Numbered from the stretch's first letter, positions 1 through 9,330 are shown. The stretch: 64,000 nucleotides of DNA from Bdellovibrio sp. (GCA_037968775.1 JBBKWD010000072.1:11339-75338); one strand, 5' to 3'. Translations and numbers: made by a program. Notes: generated from the sequence alone by a model not told the origin.

Positions 1-98
1 CAGGGATGGTCGAGTCGAGGTAAATTCATGCGCGAAACTTTGCGACTCCATTTTCGATAGGCTTCTGTTTTTAAATTTGGATTCTTGGCTCAAACGGC

Positions 99-128
99 AG
101 TCCTGAGAGAGTACTCTCAGGACTTTTT
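99..128 (+). terminator. Rho-independent terminator-like hairpin for a gene ending upstream of the window
   Basis: Perfect 11-bp inverted repeat AGTCCTGAGAG / CTCTCAGGACT with a 4-nt loop, followed by a T-run. Confidence 0.55.
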
Positions 129-165
129 GGTAGAGTAAAATTCCGGAAACAAAAAAGTACCAAGA

Positions 166-211
166 TCTGAGGCGCATGGATGCGCCTCAGAAAGGCCGCC
201 CACGGATGGCC
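166..211. repeat. Hairpin-plus-box element, copy A
   Basis: Perfect 11-bp stem TCTGAGGCGCA / TGCGCCTCAGA (loop TGGA), immediately followed by the 20-nt box AAGGCCGCCCACGGATGGCC. A second copy lies at 20899-20943. Confidence 0.6.
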
Positions 212-291
212 AGACTATCTCAAGAACCGAGAGCCGCTGTATGGAGGACTCCTCCCCAAAAAACTCAAAAAACCAAACTTCTTCGCGAAAA

Positions 292-1029
292 CTAAATCCT
301 CAACGGCAACAAGGTCTCAGAAAGCAACACCTCCGTCGCTGTCAAATCCACCACTAAAGGACTAATACGCAAACCCTTGTGGTAAGCCTCTCGCAACAGT
401 TGGCCATACACAGGATCAATATCATCCGCCGGAGCAAAGCTGCCACAGTCATGACGTTGAATCGTAAAAAGCAATTCTGCAGTATGTCCTTTATCCATCA
501 AATCCATCAACTCACGAATATGCTTTTGCCCACGCGTAGTTTCAGCGTCCGGAAATTTCGCCATCCCCTCTTCTGCTAAAGTGACATTTTTCACTTCGAT
601 AAAGTGCATTTTATCGCTGCCTTTTTTTGACAGCGCAAAATCCAAACGTGTTTCGGCGGAAATTTTATACTCCGCTTTGATCTCGTCAAACTCTGACCAG
701 TGCGAAAATGTTCCCGGTATTTTATCCTTATGTCCAACAACTCTCTCAAGAGTTTCTCTGACAATAGCATTCGGAATCGAAGTATTCACTCCGACCCACG
801 ATCCTGCTGGTGACTTGATCATCTGCAAAGTGAATTTCAATTTACGCTCAGGATTCGTCGCTTCTGAAAACAGGCAATGCTGCCCCGGGTGATTGACACT
901 TTTAAGGCTGCCCGTGTTGGGCACATGAGCCACAACAGTGTTCCCCTGCCATTCAATATCGGCGAAAAAACGTTTATAGCGCTTTAAGAAAATACCCTCT
1001 TGCAGCTTTTGCTCAAACTTCATAGCCAT
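292..1029 (-). CDS. sfsA: Sugar fermentation stimulation protein SfsA family
   Basis: 245-aa ORF. The N-terminus (FEQKLQEGIFLKRYKRFFADI...VAHVPNTGS) and the overall length are typical of SfsA. Confidence 0.85.
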   Translation of the reverse strand: MAMKFEQKLQEGIFLKRYKRFFADIEWQGNTVVAHVPNTGSLKSVNHPGQHCLFSEATNPERKLKFTLQMIKSPAGSWVGVNTSIPNAIVRETLERVVGHKDKIPGTFSHWSEFDEIKAEYKISAETRLDFALSKKGSDKMHFIEVKNVTLAEEGMAKFPDAETTRGQKHIRELMDLMDKGHTAELLFTIQRHDCGSFAPADDIDPVYGQLLREAYHKGLRISPLVVDLTATEVLLSETLLPLRI

Positions 1030-1256
1030 TTGCTCCTTAAAACCCTTAAATTAGGGCGCGAAGAGTACTCGAGACAACTCGAAACGCCCGACGCCAATAA
1101 ATACATGAGAAGCCCCTGTGTTTCTCGCCGTGCGCAGCGCGTAATCCGGTGCAAATGCTCTAGCTCCGGTCTAGAAGAAAGGATTCGCTTAAATTGCAAA
1201 ATTTAGGTCGCTCAACAGAGCGTTTAGCACACTTATTTGAAAGGAACTTTCTCAAT

Positions 1257-1826
1257 ATGGCAACAGACGTAAAACTGCCCGAACTTGGTGAAGGTGTATC
1301 TGAAGGCGAACTAGTAAAATGGTTAGTAAAAACTGGCGACGCTGTCAAAGCTGATCAACCTATCGCTGAGGTTTTAACGGACAAAGCAACTGTGGAAGTT
1401 CCATCGCCTGTTGCTGGCACCGTTGGTGATTTAAAATTCAAACCGGGCCAGGTTGTAAAAGTTGGCGAAACGATGATTACTTTATCGGCCTCTGGATCTG
1501 CTTCGGCGCCAGCCCCCGCAAAGACAGCTACCGCTGCCGCCGCATCAGCACCTCAAGCCACAACATCGGCTCCAGCTGCTGGTGGCAAAATTCAAGACAT
1601 CAAATTGCCTGAGTTGGGCGAAGGTGTTTCTGAAGGAGAACTTGTTAAGTGGTTGGTAAAATCCGGCGACTCTGTAAAAGCAGATCAAGCCATTGCTGAA
1701 GTTCTTACCGACAAAGCTACTGTTGAAGTTCCCACTCCAGTTGCGGGTGTTGTGAAAGATTTGAAATTTAAAGCTGGCGATGTTGTCAAAGTCGGCGCGA
1801 CCATGATCACACTAGCTGCTTCAGGC
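1257..1826 (+). repeat. Tandem duplicated lipoyl-domain coding segments inside the E2 gene
   Basis: Segments ~1257-1496 and ~1590-1826 encode about 78 aa that are roughly 85 percent identical by eye (KLPELGEGVSEGELVKWLVK...AEVLTDKATVEVP...MITL). An Ala/Pro/Thr linker separates them. Confidence 0.85.
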
Positions 1827-2897
1827 TCTACTTCGGCGATGGCCCCTGCGGGCGCTCAACGCGAAGTTCCTGCTTCGGCCCATGCAAACTTTGCGGCGGC
1901 GACGCCAACTCCTGTGGCAAAAATGCCCGCAGCTGGTGCGACGGCTTCTCCGAGCGGAATTTTCCCACCTGTAGCGGATTCAAAAGTTTTAGCGACTCCG
2001 GCGACTCGTCGTTTGGCGCGCGAAACAGGTATCGACATCAATGGCTTAAGTGGCAGCGGTCTTGCCGGACGAGTGACTCGTGAGGATGTCATGAGTGCTG
2101 GCGGCGGAGGAGCTATGACTGCAAGAGCGCCTTCTACTGGAGGTGCGGCTGGAATGACTATACCTCGCCCTGCTTATCAAGGACCCGCAGGTGCTATTGA
2201 AGAGCGCGTGGCATTAATTGGTATTCGCAAAAGAATTGCTGAAAATATGCAGAAATCTAAGCATATCATTCCTCACTTCACAATCATGGATGAAGCCAAG
2301 GTCGATGCTTTGGTCGACCTGCGCACGTCTTTGAAGGACTTTGCGGAAAAGAACGGTACAAAGATCACTTATTTGCCGATCGTTATTAAAGCCTTGGTGG
2401 CGACGATTCGTGAATTCCCGATGTTCAATGCTTCGATCGATGATGCCGCTGGCGAAATTGTTTACAAAAAATATTTCAATATCGGTTTTGCGGCTGACAC
2501 GCCGAATGGACTTGTTGTTCCGGTTATCAAGAATGCCGATCAAAAGACAATTCTAGAGATTTCTAAAGAGATTTTAGATTTGTCTAAGCGCGCACGTGAC
2601 AACAAATTAAAACCTGACGAAATGAAGGGCTCTAATATCACGGTGACCAACATCGGCTCTATTGGTGGAACTTATGCAACTCCAGTCATCAATCATCCAG
2701 AAGTCGCCATACTTGGCATGTACAAAATTGACGAAAAGCCTGTGATCAAAAACGGTCAATTGGCGGCGATCAAAGTCATGAACTACACAATGACTGCGGA
2801 TCACCGTTTGATCGATGGTGCTGTTGCAGCAAGATTCTTGGCAGCCTTCATTCAGCGCATTGAAAATCCCGGCAAGCTGCTTGTCGAGATGATTTAG
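1257..2897 (+). CDS. Dihydrolipoamide acyltransferase (E2 of a 2-oxoacid dehydrogenase complex) with two lipoyl domains
   Basis: Start moved to ATG 1257 (MATDVKLPELGEG). There are two lipoyl domains, each with a TDKA lipoyl-lysine motif. A PATRRLARE peripheral-subunit-binding segment is present. The catalytic domain carries the DHRLIDGA motif. Confidence 0.9.
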   Translation: MATDVKLPELGEGVSEGELVKWLVKTGDAVKADQPIAEVLTDKATVEVPSPVAGTVGDLKFKPGQVVKVGETMITLSASGSASAPAPAKTATAAAASAPQATTSAPAAGGKIQDIKLPELGEGVSEGELVKWLVKSGDSVKADQAIAEVLTDKATVEVPTPVAGVVKDLKFKAGDVVKVGATMITLAASGSTSAMAPAGAQREVPASAHANFAAATPTPVAKMPAAGATASPSGIFPPVADSKVLATPATRRLARETGIDINGLSGSGLAGRVTREDVMSAGGGGAMTARAPSTGGAAGMTIPRPAYQGPAGAIEERVALIGIRKRIAENMQKSKHIIPHFTIMDEAKVDALVDLRTSLKDFAEKNGTKITYLPIVIKALVATIREFPMFNASIDDAAGEIVYKKYFNIGFAADTPNGLVVPVIKNADQKTILEISKEILDLSKRARDNKLKPDEMKGSNITVTNIGSIGGTYATPVINHPEVAILGMYKIDEKPVIKNGQLAAIKVMNYTMTADHRLIDGAVAARFLAAFIQRIENPGKLLVEMI

Positions 2898-3005
2898 TAC
2901 GCATTTTCGTTCTGTTGTTTGATTCCGTATCTTTCTCGGCTCGGGGTGTGCAAGCACTCTGAGCAGCTTCTAAGTTCTCTCTCAATTTTATTTTCGGAGA
3001 TTTTT

Positions 3006-4427
3006 ATGCAAACTTTTGATGTTGTCGTAATCGGTTCTGGTCCTGGTGGATATGTCGCCGCGATTCGTGCGGGTCAACTTGGCTTCAAAACTGCCATTGT
3101 TGAACGTGAAGTTCTGGGCGGTGTGTGCTTGAACGTGGGATGTATTCCTTCTAAGGCGATGATCACGGCGACTCACCTTCTTCACAAAGCTCAACACAAC
3201 TTTAAAGACATGGGCTTGATGATCAAAGGCAATATCGATGTCGACATGAAGAAGCTGGTGACTTGGAAACAGTCTGTCAGCGACAAAATGTCAGGTGGCG
3301 TAAATCAACTTTTGAAGGGTAACAAAGTTACTATTTTAAAGGGCGAGGCTGAATTTAAAACTTCTAAAGAAATCACGGTTAAGTCCGCGACAGGATCTGA
3401 AAGCATTCAAGCCAAATACTTTATCGTAGCAACGGGTTCTCGGCCGATTGAAATTCCTGGGTTTAAATTTGATGAAAAAGATATTTGTTCCTCTACGGGC
3501 GCCTTAGCCTTTGATGCGATTCCCAAACGCGTGGCTGTCATTGGTGGCGGCTATATCGGCCTTGAGATTTCTTCTTATCTGCGTAAACTGGGAACTGAAA
3601 TCACAGTGATCGAAGCTCAGACCTCTTTACTTGCTGGTGTTGTCGATCCCGATTGTGCACAGGTCGTCACTCGTAAGCTTGAAAAATCTGGCGTTAAAAT
3701 TATGTATGGCGCAAAGGCAAAGGGTCAAAAGAAAGTCAAAGATGGCTATGAAGTCACGGCTGAAGTAAACGGCAAAGACGAAGTCATCAAGTGCGATAAA
3801 ATTTTGGTCACAGTTGGCCGTCGTCCGAATGGCGATCAATCGAACCTGAAAGCTGCCGGCATTGTTGTTGATGAGCGTGGCTTTGTTAAAGTCGATGCTC
3901 AACGCCGCACCAATGTTCAGCATATCTTTGCAATCGGCGACGTTGCCGGGCAACCGATGCTGGCTCACAAAGCATCCCATGAAGGTGTTTTAGTTGCGGA
4001 AATCATTTCCGGCCAGAATCGCGTTTATGATGCCAAGACAGTTCCCGCAGTGGTCTTCACGGACCCTGAAATTGCTGCTGCCGGCATGACAGAGGCCGAA
4101 GCCAAAGCTGCAGGCCACACGGACCTGTTGATTGGTCGTTTTCCTTTTGGAGCCAATGCTCGAGCCGTCAGCATGATGGAAACCGAGGGGTTCGTAAAAA
4201 TGATTGCTGACAAAAAGACACATGTTTTATTGGGTGTTCATATCGTCGGACCAGAAGCTTCGAATCTTATTTCAGAAGCCGTTGTGGCTATTGAAATGGG
4301 GGCTCGCATGGAAGACTTGGCGCTCTCTATTCATCCGCATCCTTCGCTGGGCGAAACGATGATGGAAGCTGCCGAAGCCACTTTGGGTCATGCCATTCAT
4401 ATTATCCAAAAGCCTTTAGGAAAGTAG
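3006..4427 (+). CDS. lpdA: Dihydrolipoyl dehydrogenase (E3)
   Basis: Start at ATG 3006 (MQTFDVVVIGSGPGGY FAD fold). Redox-active disulfide motif GGVCLNVGCIPSK. C-terminal HAHPSLGE-type motif (IHPHPSLGE). Confidence 0.93.
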   Translation: MQTFDVVVIGSGPGGYVAAIRAGQLGFKTAIVEREVLGGVCLNVGCIPSKAMITATHLLHKAQHNFKDMGLMIKGNIDVDMKKLVTWKQSVSDKMSGGVNQLLKGNKVTILKGEAEFKTSKEITVKSATGSESIQAKYFIVATGSRPIEIPGFKFDEKDICSSTGALAFDAIPKRVAVIGGGYIGLEISSYLRKLGTEITVIEAQTSLLAGVVDPDCAQVVTRKLEKSGVKIMYGAKAKGQKKVKDGYEVTAEVNGKDEVIKCDKILVTVGRRPNGDQSNLKAAGIVVDERGFVKVDAQRRTNVQHIFAIGDVAGQPMLAHKASHEGVLVAEIISGQNRVYDAKTVPAVVFTDPEIAAAGMTEAEAKAAGHTDLLIGRFPFGANARAVSMMETEGFVKMIADKKTHVLLGVHIVGPEASNLISEAVVAIEMGARMEDLALSIHPHPSLGETMMEAAEATLGHAIHIIQKPLGK

Positions 4428-4453
4428 TTTCCCCATTCAATTTTTTTTTGCAA

Positions 4454-4480
4454 AAGGGCAGGCTTCGGTCTGCCCTTTTT
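4454..4480 (+). terminator. Rho-independent terminator after lpdA
   Basis: 10-bp stem AAGGGCAGGC / GTCTGCCCTT (one G-U pair) with a TTCG loop and a T-run. Confidence 0.75.
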
Positions 4481-4565
4481 ATGTATAGTTCCCACTAAAG
4501 AACATTTACTTTGTCTACATAAGCCCTTCCCATTATAAAAAATAAAATTACTATGGAGGGTGCTC

Positions 4566-5006
4566 ATGAAAAAAATTGTTCTATCGTCTATTCTGTTACT
4601 CTTTGCTTCCTCGGCATACTCTGCCGAAATCACGCCAGAAAATTTAGTTGGAAAGTACAAGGTCAAGGCCCGTGTTGCCTTTCAGACTTACTATGCCACT
4701 TTAAGAGTTCTCGACACCAAAGAATTCGAAATCCAGAGAACCTATCCCGACGGCCGTGGTGATGAAGTTTGTGGTGGCACTTTCGTGCTGGCACAAGGTT
4801 TCATTCCTGACCTCGCCGAAATCAGCGCGACTAAGGTTTTTAAAGGAAAAGCCACATGCCCGAGCGACCGCTCGCGTACTTTGGACTTCAATGTCGACTT
4901 TAGAAATGCAACCACAGAAAGCCTGGATGCGGGAACGAATGTCACTTTGACTAGCTCTGTTTCACCAGGAACTCGATTGAGTGCCTATATTAAGCGATTG
5001 CATTAG
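4566..5006 (+). CDS. Small secreted protein, unknown function
   Basis: ATG 4566 (GTG 4560 is also possible) is preceded by GGAGGG. Signal peptide MKKIVLSSILLLFASSAYSA. No family recognised. Confidence 0.6.
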   Translation: MKKIVLSSILLLFASSAYSAEITPENLVGKYKVKARVAFQTYYATLRVLDTKEFEIQRTYPDGRGDEVCGGTFVLAQGFIPDLAEISATKVFKGKATCPSDRSRTLDFNVDFRNATTESLDAGTNVTLTSSVSPGTRLSAYIKRLH

Positions 5007-5063
5007 ACGACATATACCGCACCTATATTTGGAGAGTATAAGACTGTTTAAACTTCAAAAAAT

Positions 5064-5095
5064 AAAAGGCTTCCCAGGGGAAGCCTTTTATTTTG
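5064..5095. terminator. Bidirectional terminator between convergent genes
   Basis: Stem AAAAGGCTTCC / GGAAGCCTTTT is flanked by an A-run on the left and a T-run on the right. Confidence 0.75.
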
Positions 5096-5111
5096 CTTTC
5101 GCTTAAAACAA

Positions 5112-5627
5112 CTATTCTGCTGCAGTAATAGACAATCTATCAATTCCTACCTGTACACCGAAGCCCTTTAAAAGCTGAAGTGAGATATTCACCGCCAACT
5201 GAGGCATGCCTACTTTTACCGCCGTAAAGGCGCCCACACCACCAACAATGGCCGCTTCCCCTTGAGCAACTAGATAGTTCCCAAGAATCGCATTTGGACT
5301 GTGGTTCAGAAGACTGATCTCTGAAGATACGCCTCTAAGCTTAAAGTATCCAATTCCTGCCGTTGGACCTATCCAATGGTGTCCGATTGTCACATTCACA
5401 TGGCGTGAATAAGACTCACCGAAAACACTCTTACAACTTAAAGTCCCATGACCTACCGTTTTAAAGTGACCGACAATCACCTTCAAACCATGAGAGGTCC
5501 CGGAAAACTTCAATCCACAGGCCCAGACTTTGCCTGCCGTTGCATCCACGTCTCCCATTGGCTCCTGTGCTTGCGCATAGAACCCAACTAAACTCATAGC
5601 CATAATGAACGCCACTCTCTTCAACAT
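5112..5627 (-). CDS. Secreted protein, unknown function
   Basis: Internal ATG 5627 is preceded by AGGAG. Signal peptide MLKRVAFIMAMSLVGFYAQAQ. The protein is Gly/His-rich. Confidence 0.55.
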   Translation of the reverse strand: MLKRVAFIMAMSLVGFYAQAQEPMGDVDATAGKVWACGLKFSGTSHGLKVIVGHFKTVGHGTLSCKSVFGESYSRHVNVTIGHHWIGPTAGIGYFKLRGVSSEISLLNHSPNAILGNYLVAQGEAAIVGGVGAFTAVKVGMPQLAVNISLQLLKGFGVQVGIDRLSITAAE

Positions 5628-5815
5628 CTTAATCTCCTTTTGTTTCGGTCTTTGATAAACCTTTCTGCTTATTCCGCACCTGTTACATTTTAGAATCAAG
5701 TCAGTGGATGAAAGACATAGCCAAAGACGGCTGCATTTGTTTACCAACAATAACTTTGAGTGCGGAACCCTACCGATTTGTTGTCTTTCATGATAGTTGC
5801 GCGTACCTTCGAGTT

Positions 5816-6457
5816 ATGAATGTAGTCATTTGTGGAGCCTCAGGATTAGCCGGCGCAAGCCTGCTAGAAAAACTTTTATCGGAACCGACTATTCACCGAG
5901 TGATCTCCGTGGGCCGCCGTTCTCTGTCCATTCAAAATCCGAAGTACCAGGAAGTGAAGATTTCTGATTTATCCGATATTTCCCGGCACAGCGATGAGCT
6001 CAATGGAGATATTTATTTTTGCTGCTTGGGCACGACCATCAAAACCGCCGGCAATGAAGAAAATTTTCGCAAGGTGGACTATGTTGCCGTGATTGATTTT
6101 GCTCGTGTGGCACAAGACCATCATGCCAAGAAATTTGTTGTGATCTCGGCCATGGGTGCAAATTCCCAGTCCACTTTCTTTTACAATCGCGTAAAAGGTC
6201 AAATGGAAGAAGACCTCCAAGCCATCAACTTAGAAAGCCTGGTCGTTTTTCGGCCCGCACTTTTAAGAGGAAATCGTAAAGAAATTCGCCTAGGTGAAAA
6301 GTTCGCAGTGAAGGCTTTGAACTTTATTTCCCCCCTATTGCCACAAAATATTGAAAAAAGTATTTCGACCTCGATCGACGACCTGAGCGATAAAATGCTA
6401 AAAGAATGCTGGGAGCCAGCTCGCAAAGTAAAGTTTGTCCAGCCATTGGACATATAG
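5816..6457 (+). CDS. NAD(P)-binding Rossmann protein (atypical SDR, NmrA/HTATIP2-like)
   Basis: Start moved to ATG 5816. The N-terminal sequence MNVVICGASGLAGASLL is a GxxGxxG dinucleotide-binding fold. Confidence 0.65.
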   Translation: MNVVICGASGLAGASLLEKLLSEPTIHRVISVGRRSLSIQNPKYQEVKISDLSDISRHSDELNGDIYFCCLGTTIKTAGNEENFRKVDYVAVIDFARVAQDHHAKKFVVISAMGANSQSTFFYNRVKGQMEEDLQAINLESLVVFRPALLRGNRKEIRLGEKFAVKALNFISPLLPQNIEKSISTSIDDLSDKMLKECWEPARKVKFVQPLDI

Positions 6458-6460
6458 GTA

Positions 6461-7147
6461 CTAAATCATTTCATCCACAAATACTTCAAAGTACCGCAGT
6501 CCACAGCGCGACGTCTCTCCATAAATTTTTTGAGCGCGCTTTCCTGTCGTGCTCGTGCCGGGCTTATCAAGCCCGCGAATATCTCGAGATGAAGATGCTG
6601 GTGGCTTCTCGCTAGGCCCTGCCGTGCCGGTGAACGGTTCTTTTAGTGCAGAACTCGCTGTTTGTTTCACCCCAGCTTCAGGCGCCTTTGATGGCTTTTC
6701 TGTTCTCGCCGACTTCGGCGTTTCGGATTTTGCAGTAAAATCGGTGAAGGGCGCTTTTTTCCATGCCTCTGCTGTCTTCGCAGCAGCCGCCCCGGAATTT
6801 GAAGCTTTCGGGCGCAGAACGCTTGTCGCCTTCACTGTGACATCATAAGCCTTGCGTTTTAAAGGATCCAAAAGAGTTTCGCGCGCTGAATTCAGTCGAG
6901 TCATCACTTGGTTTGCGGCCTTTAAGTTTGCCGAATTTCCTTGATGGCGATCTGGGTGATAAACACTCAAGAGCCGACGATAAGCCGCTTTGACTTCCGC
7001 TGGGGTCGCATCAGAGGTCACTCCGAGAACTTCATACAGGCTTGACTGAGAGCTCACGATTCTCAGGGCCTCGGCCTTTGATTGAGCCCCAACAGGGCCA
7101 GCTGAAAAAAACATCATAAACATCAAAATTTGACACTTCATTTGCAA
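6461..7147 (-). CDS. Exported J-domain (DnaJ-like) protein with low-complexity tail
   Basis: Sec-type signal peptide MQMKCQILMFMMFFSAGPVGAQS. Canonical J domain LYEVLGV...AYRRLLSVYHPDRH with the HPD motif. The C-terminal half is Ala/Ser/Pro/Lys-rich. Confidence 0.8.
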   Translation of the reverse strand: MQMKCQILMFMMFFSAGPVGAQSKAEALRIVSSQSSLYEVLGVTSDATPAEVKAAYRRLLSVYHPDRHQGNSANLKAANQVMTRLNSARETLLDPLKRKAYDVTVKATSVLRPKASNSGAAAAKTAEAWKKAPFTDFTAKSETPKSARTEKPSKAPEAGVKQTASSALKEPFTGTAGPSEKPPASSSRDIRGLDKPGTSTTGKRAQKIYGETSRCGLRYFEVFVDEMI

Positions 7148-8712
7148 ACTCCCGTCTTGGAAGACTCTCGCATGGCTTCTGCGACTTTTTCAGGCTTTGC
7201 TTTTATTGCTTCAAAAACTTTTATTTTTTCAGACGGCGACAGACCGGAAAGGAGTCCCAAGAATTCGCCCATCTCTTCCTCGGGCACTCGAGCTTTCTCG
7301 AGTGCCCGATACAAATCTTGATCCGACGAAATTTCTTTCAGTGCGACGGAAAGGGAGTGAAGGCTCTCTGCTTCGACCTTGGCGCCTTGACTTGCAACTT
7401 TTCTCAAAGATCCCAATCGCGACGCTTGAGACATGCTTTTCATGACTTTGAAGCCTGCACCGAACGGAATGATAGAAATGGCTGAAATCCCCGCTCCTTG
7501 TAAATCTGCAAAGGCTTTTTGATTTGCTTCTTCCATACGTGTTTGTTCTGCCGTGGACAGCCCTTCCGCATAAGAAGACGATCGTATGTTTTGGGCTTCG
7601 AGATATGAATCGTGTGCCTTATTAGACGAGTACACAGTATCTCCGACCGCGGTCACTGTTCCCGCAAGTGCGGCTCCGGCCGCAACTGTTGAAAGTGTTC
7701 CGACCATTGCGACCCCCGCGACGGCCCCAACTCCAGATGCAATTAGGACTCCTGCGATGGCTATCCCGCCCCAAAAAAACAGATCCTCAAGCTTTTCATT
7801 TCGCGCCATGGAAACATCTACGCCTTGCAGGGTCCGACAAATGAGTTCTACGGCTTCCGGATGTTGAATCAGATATTGCGCCACCGCCCCGGGATTTGTT
7901 ACTACCAAACTGCGCAAAGATTTTTCGGGTGTTTCGTTTTGACTGTCTTGAAGATAGTCCGAGTTTGATTTCAGTTCGGATTTTATTTCAGCAAAGGCCT
8001 TCAGAACATCCTTCTTGGAAATATAGCTTTTATCAGCGCGCTCTTTCAAGGCCTTCGTATAAAGCAAAAGTTCAGATCCGGCTTTAGGAACACGGGAATC
8101 AAGCTCCCTTTCGGTCAGTGATACTGCCAAATTAACAGTGTCTTCTTTTTCAATCCCCGCCCAATACTCTTGAGTCTGCTTCAAATTACCACGAGCATTG
8201 GCAAGAATTTGATCCCGCGCCTCTGATTGAAAATGAGTTTCGAGCTCTTGATTAAACCGAAGAACCTTGGGTGCCCCCGAGGTCAGCTCTTGGCAAATAT
8301 CTGACTGAAGAGCCTTAACTCCGAGTGCGTTGGCGATTGTCTCGCGAATGCCCAAGGCTCCAGCTTGTTCTAGATGACAGGCCTTCAGATTTTTCTGTAA
8401 GTTGATAACGGCTAGCAAATTTTTTCCTTGCTGAAAAACCCTTTGTCCCTCTGAGGTCTGAATTTCTGGAAAACCATTTTTATCACTCATGAATGGCTTA
8501 AAGGATTCTTGAAATTGCCGTGCGACTTGAGGGTTCTCTATGTTCGCAGCCGTCCACGAAATTTGTTTTTCATATGTCGATAGCCCTAAGAGGCCCGCCT
8601 CGGCAGAAACAAGTCCACCGATAAAAATGATCATAAGTATACAGAAGAATCTCGATAGCTTCACCACCCTCACATATCGGCATCTGAGGGCAAAAACTTT
8701 TGAGTTCCACAA
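7138..8712 (-). CDS. Large exported/membrane protein, unknown function, with a central Gly/Ala-rich hydrophobic segment
   Basis: 524-aa ORF with a hydrophobic N-terminus. A ~48-aa hydrophobic block (FFWGGIAIAGVLIASGVGAVAGVAMVGTLSTVAAGAALAGTV) lies mid-protein. The 3' end overlaps the J-domain gene by 10 nt. Confidence 0.6.
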   Translation of the reverse strand: MWNSKVFALRCRYVRVVKLSRFFCILMIIFIGGLVSAEAGLLGLSTYEKQISWTAANIENPQVARQFQESFKPFMSDKNGFPEIQTSEGQRVFQQGKNLLAVINLQKNLKACHLEQAGALGIRETIANALGVKALQSDICQELTSGAPKVLRFNQELETHFQSEARDQILANARGNLKQTQEYWAGIEKEDTVNLAVSLTERELDSRVPKAGSELLLYTKALKERADKSYISKKDVLKAFAEIKSELKSNSDYLQDSQNETPEKSLRSLVVTNPGAVAQYLIQHPEAVELICRTLQGVDVSMARNEKLEDLFFWGGIAIAGVLIASGVGAVAGVAMVGTLSTVAAGAALAGTVTAVGDTVYSSNKAHDSYLEAQNIRSSSYAEGLSTAEQTRMEEANQKAFADLQGAGISAISIIPFGAGFKVMKSMSQASRLGSLRKVASQGAKVEAESLHSLSVALKEISSDQDLYRALEKARVPEEEMGEFLGLLSGLSPSEKIKVFEAIKAKPEKVAEAMRESSKTGVCK

Positions 8713-8730
8713 CCGGACTTTGGCAGGTAT

Positions 8731-9330
8731 TTACTCTTGAATCTTTATCGACTGGACCAGCATAATTTCGCAGGCACCGTTGCCGGTATCTTCCCGCATG
8801 GTGGAGCTCACCCAATCAGAACCATCTTTTCGATTCACTCGCACTAAATAACCCGCCAATTCAACCAAATGGCCGGGTCTGATTTTGAATGCTTGAGCTT
8901 TGATATATTCATTTTGAGGAATGATATGCACGTTGGCGCTATTCAACGACAAAATTTTTGGATCAACCGTCAACTGCCCCGACCAAGAATAGAAATAAAA
9001 GCGATTGCTCTGCCGAATTTTGAATTGATCTATAACTGCTGAATCCGAGGCTGGCCCCCAGGCTACTGCTAAGTCTAGAGGCGCGATATCAGAAACGGGA
9101 TCCGCCCAGTATCTTTCAGTCGATAACACGCGAGCACGCAATACATAGCGAGCCAAAGGGTCGATCACGACATCCTTGAGCAATATCGGTTTTGCATCTT
9201 TCAAAAGAGGCCCTTGCTCAGGCTGAGATGGAACCAAAATTCCTGGTGGTCGCGAAATCTCACGATGACTCCAGGCTTGAAAAAGACCCACGAGCATAAG
9301 ACCAATGAAAATAGGGCCGCGCCAATTCAT
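8731..9330 (-). CDS. N-terminally anchored protein, unknown function
   Basis: 199-aa ORF with a single N-terminal hydrophobic helix (PIFIGLMLVGLFQAW). It is first in a same-strand trio with the two genes downstream. Confidence 0.55.
   Translation of the reverse strand: MNWRGPIFIGLMLVGLFQAWSHREISRPPGILVPSQPEQGPLLKDAKPILLKDVVIDPLARYVLRARVLSTERYWADPVSDIAPLDLAVAWGPASDSAVIDQFKIRQSNRFYFYSWSGQLTVDPKILSLNSANVHIIPQNEYIKAQAFKIRPGHLVELAGYLVRVNRKDGSDWVSSTMREDTGNGACEIMLVQSIKIQE

Noticed and set aside
180-365. 61-aa ORF overlapping the hairpin-box element and the sfsA 3' end
   Set aside because: It starts inside a perfect hairpin, has no ribosome-binding site, has a low-complexity Lys/Pro-rich translation, and overlaps sfsA antisense. 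It is most likely non-coding.
1194-1256. Longer N-terminal extension of the E2 gene from the track ORF start
   Set aside because: The lipoyl domain begins exactly at the Met encoded at 1257. The upstream 21 codons have no counterpart in E2 proteins.
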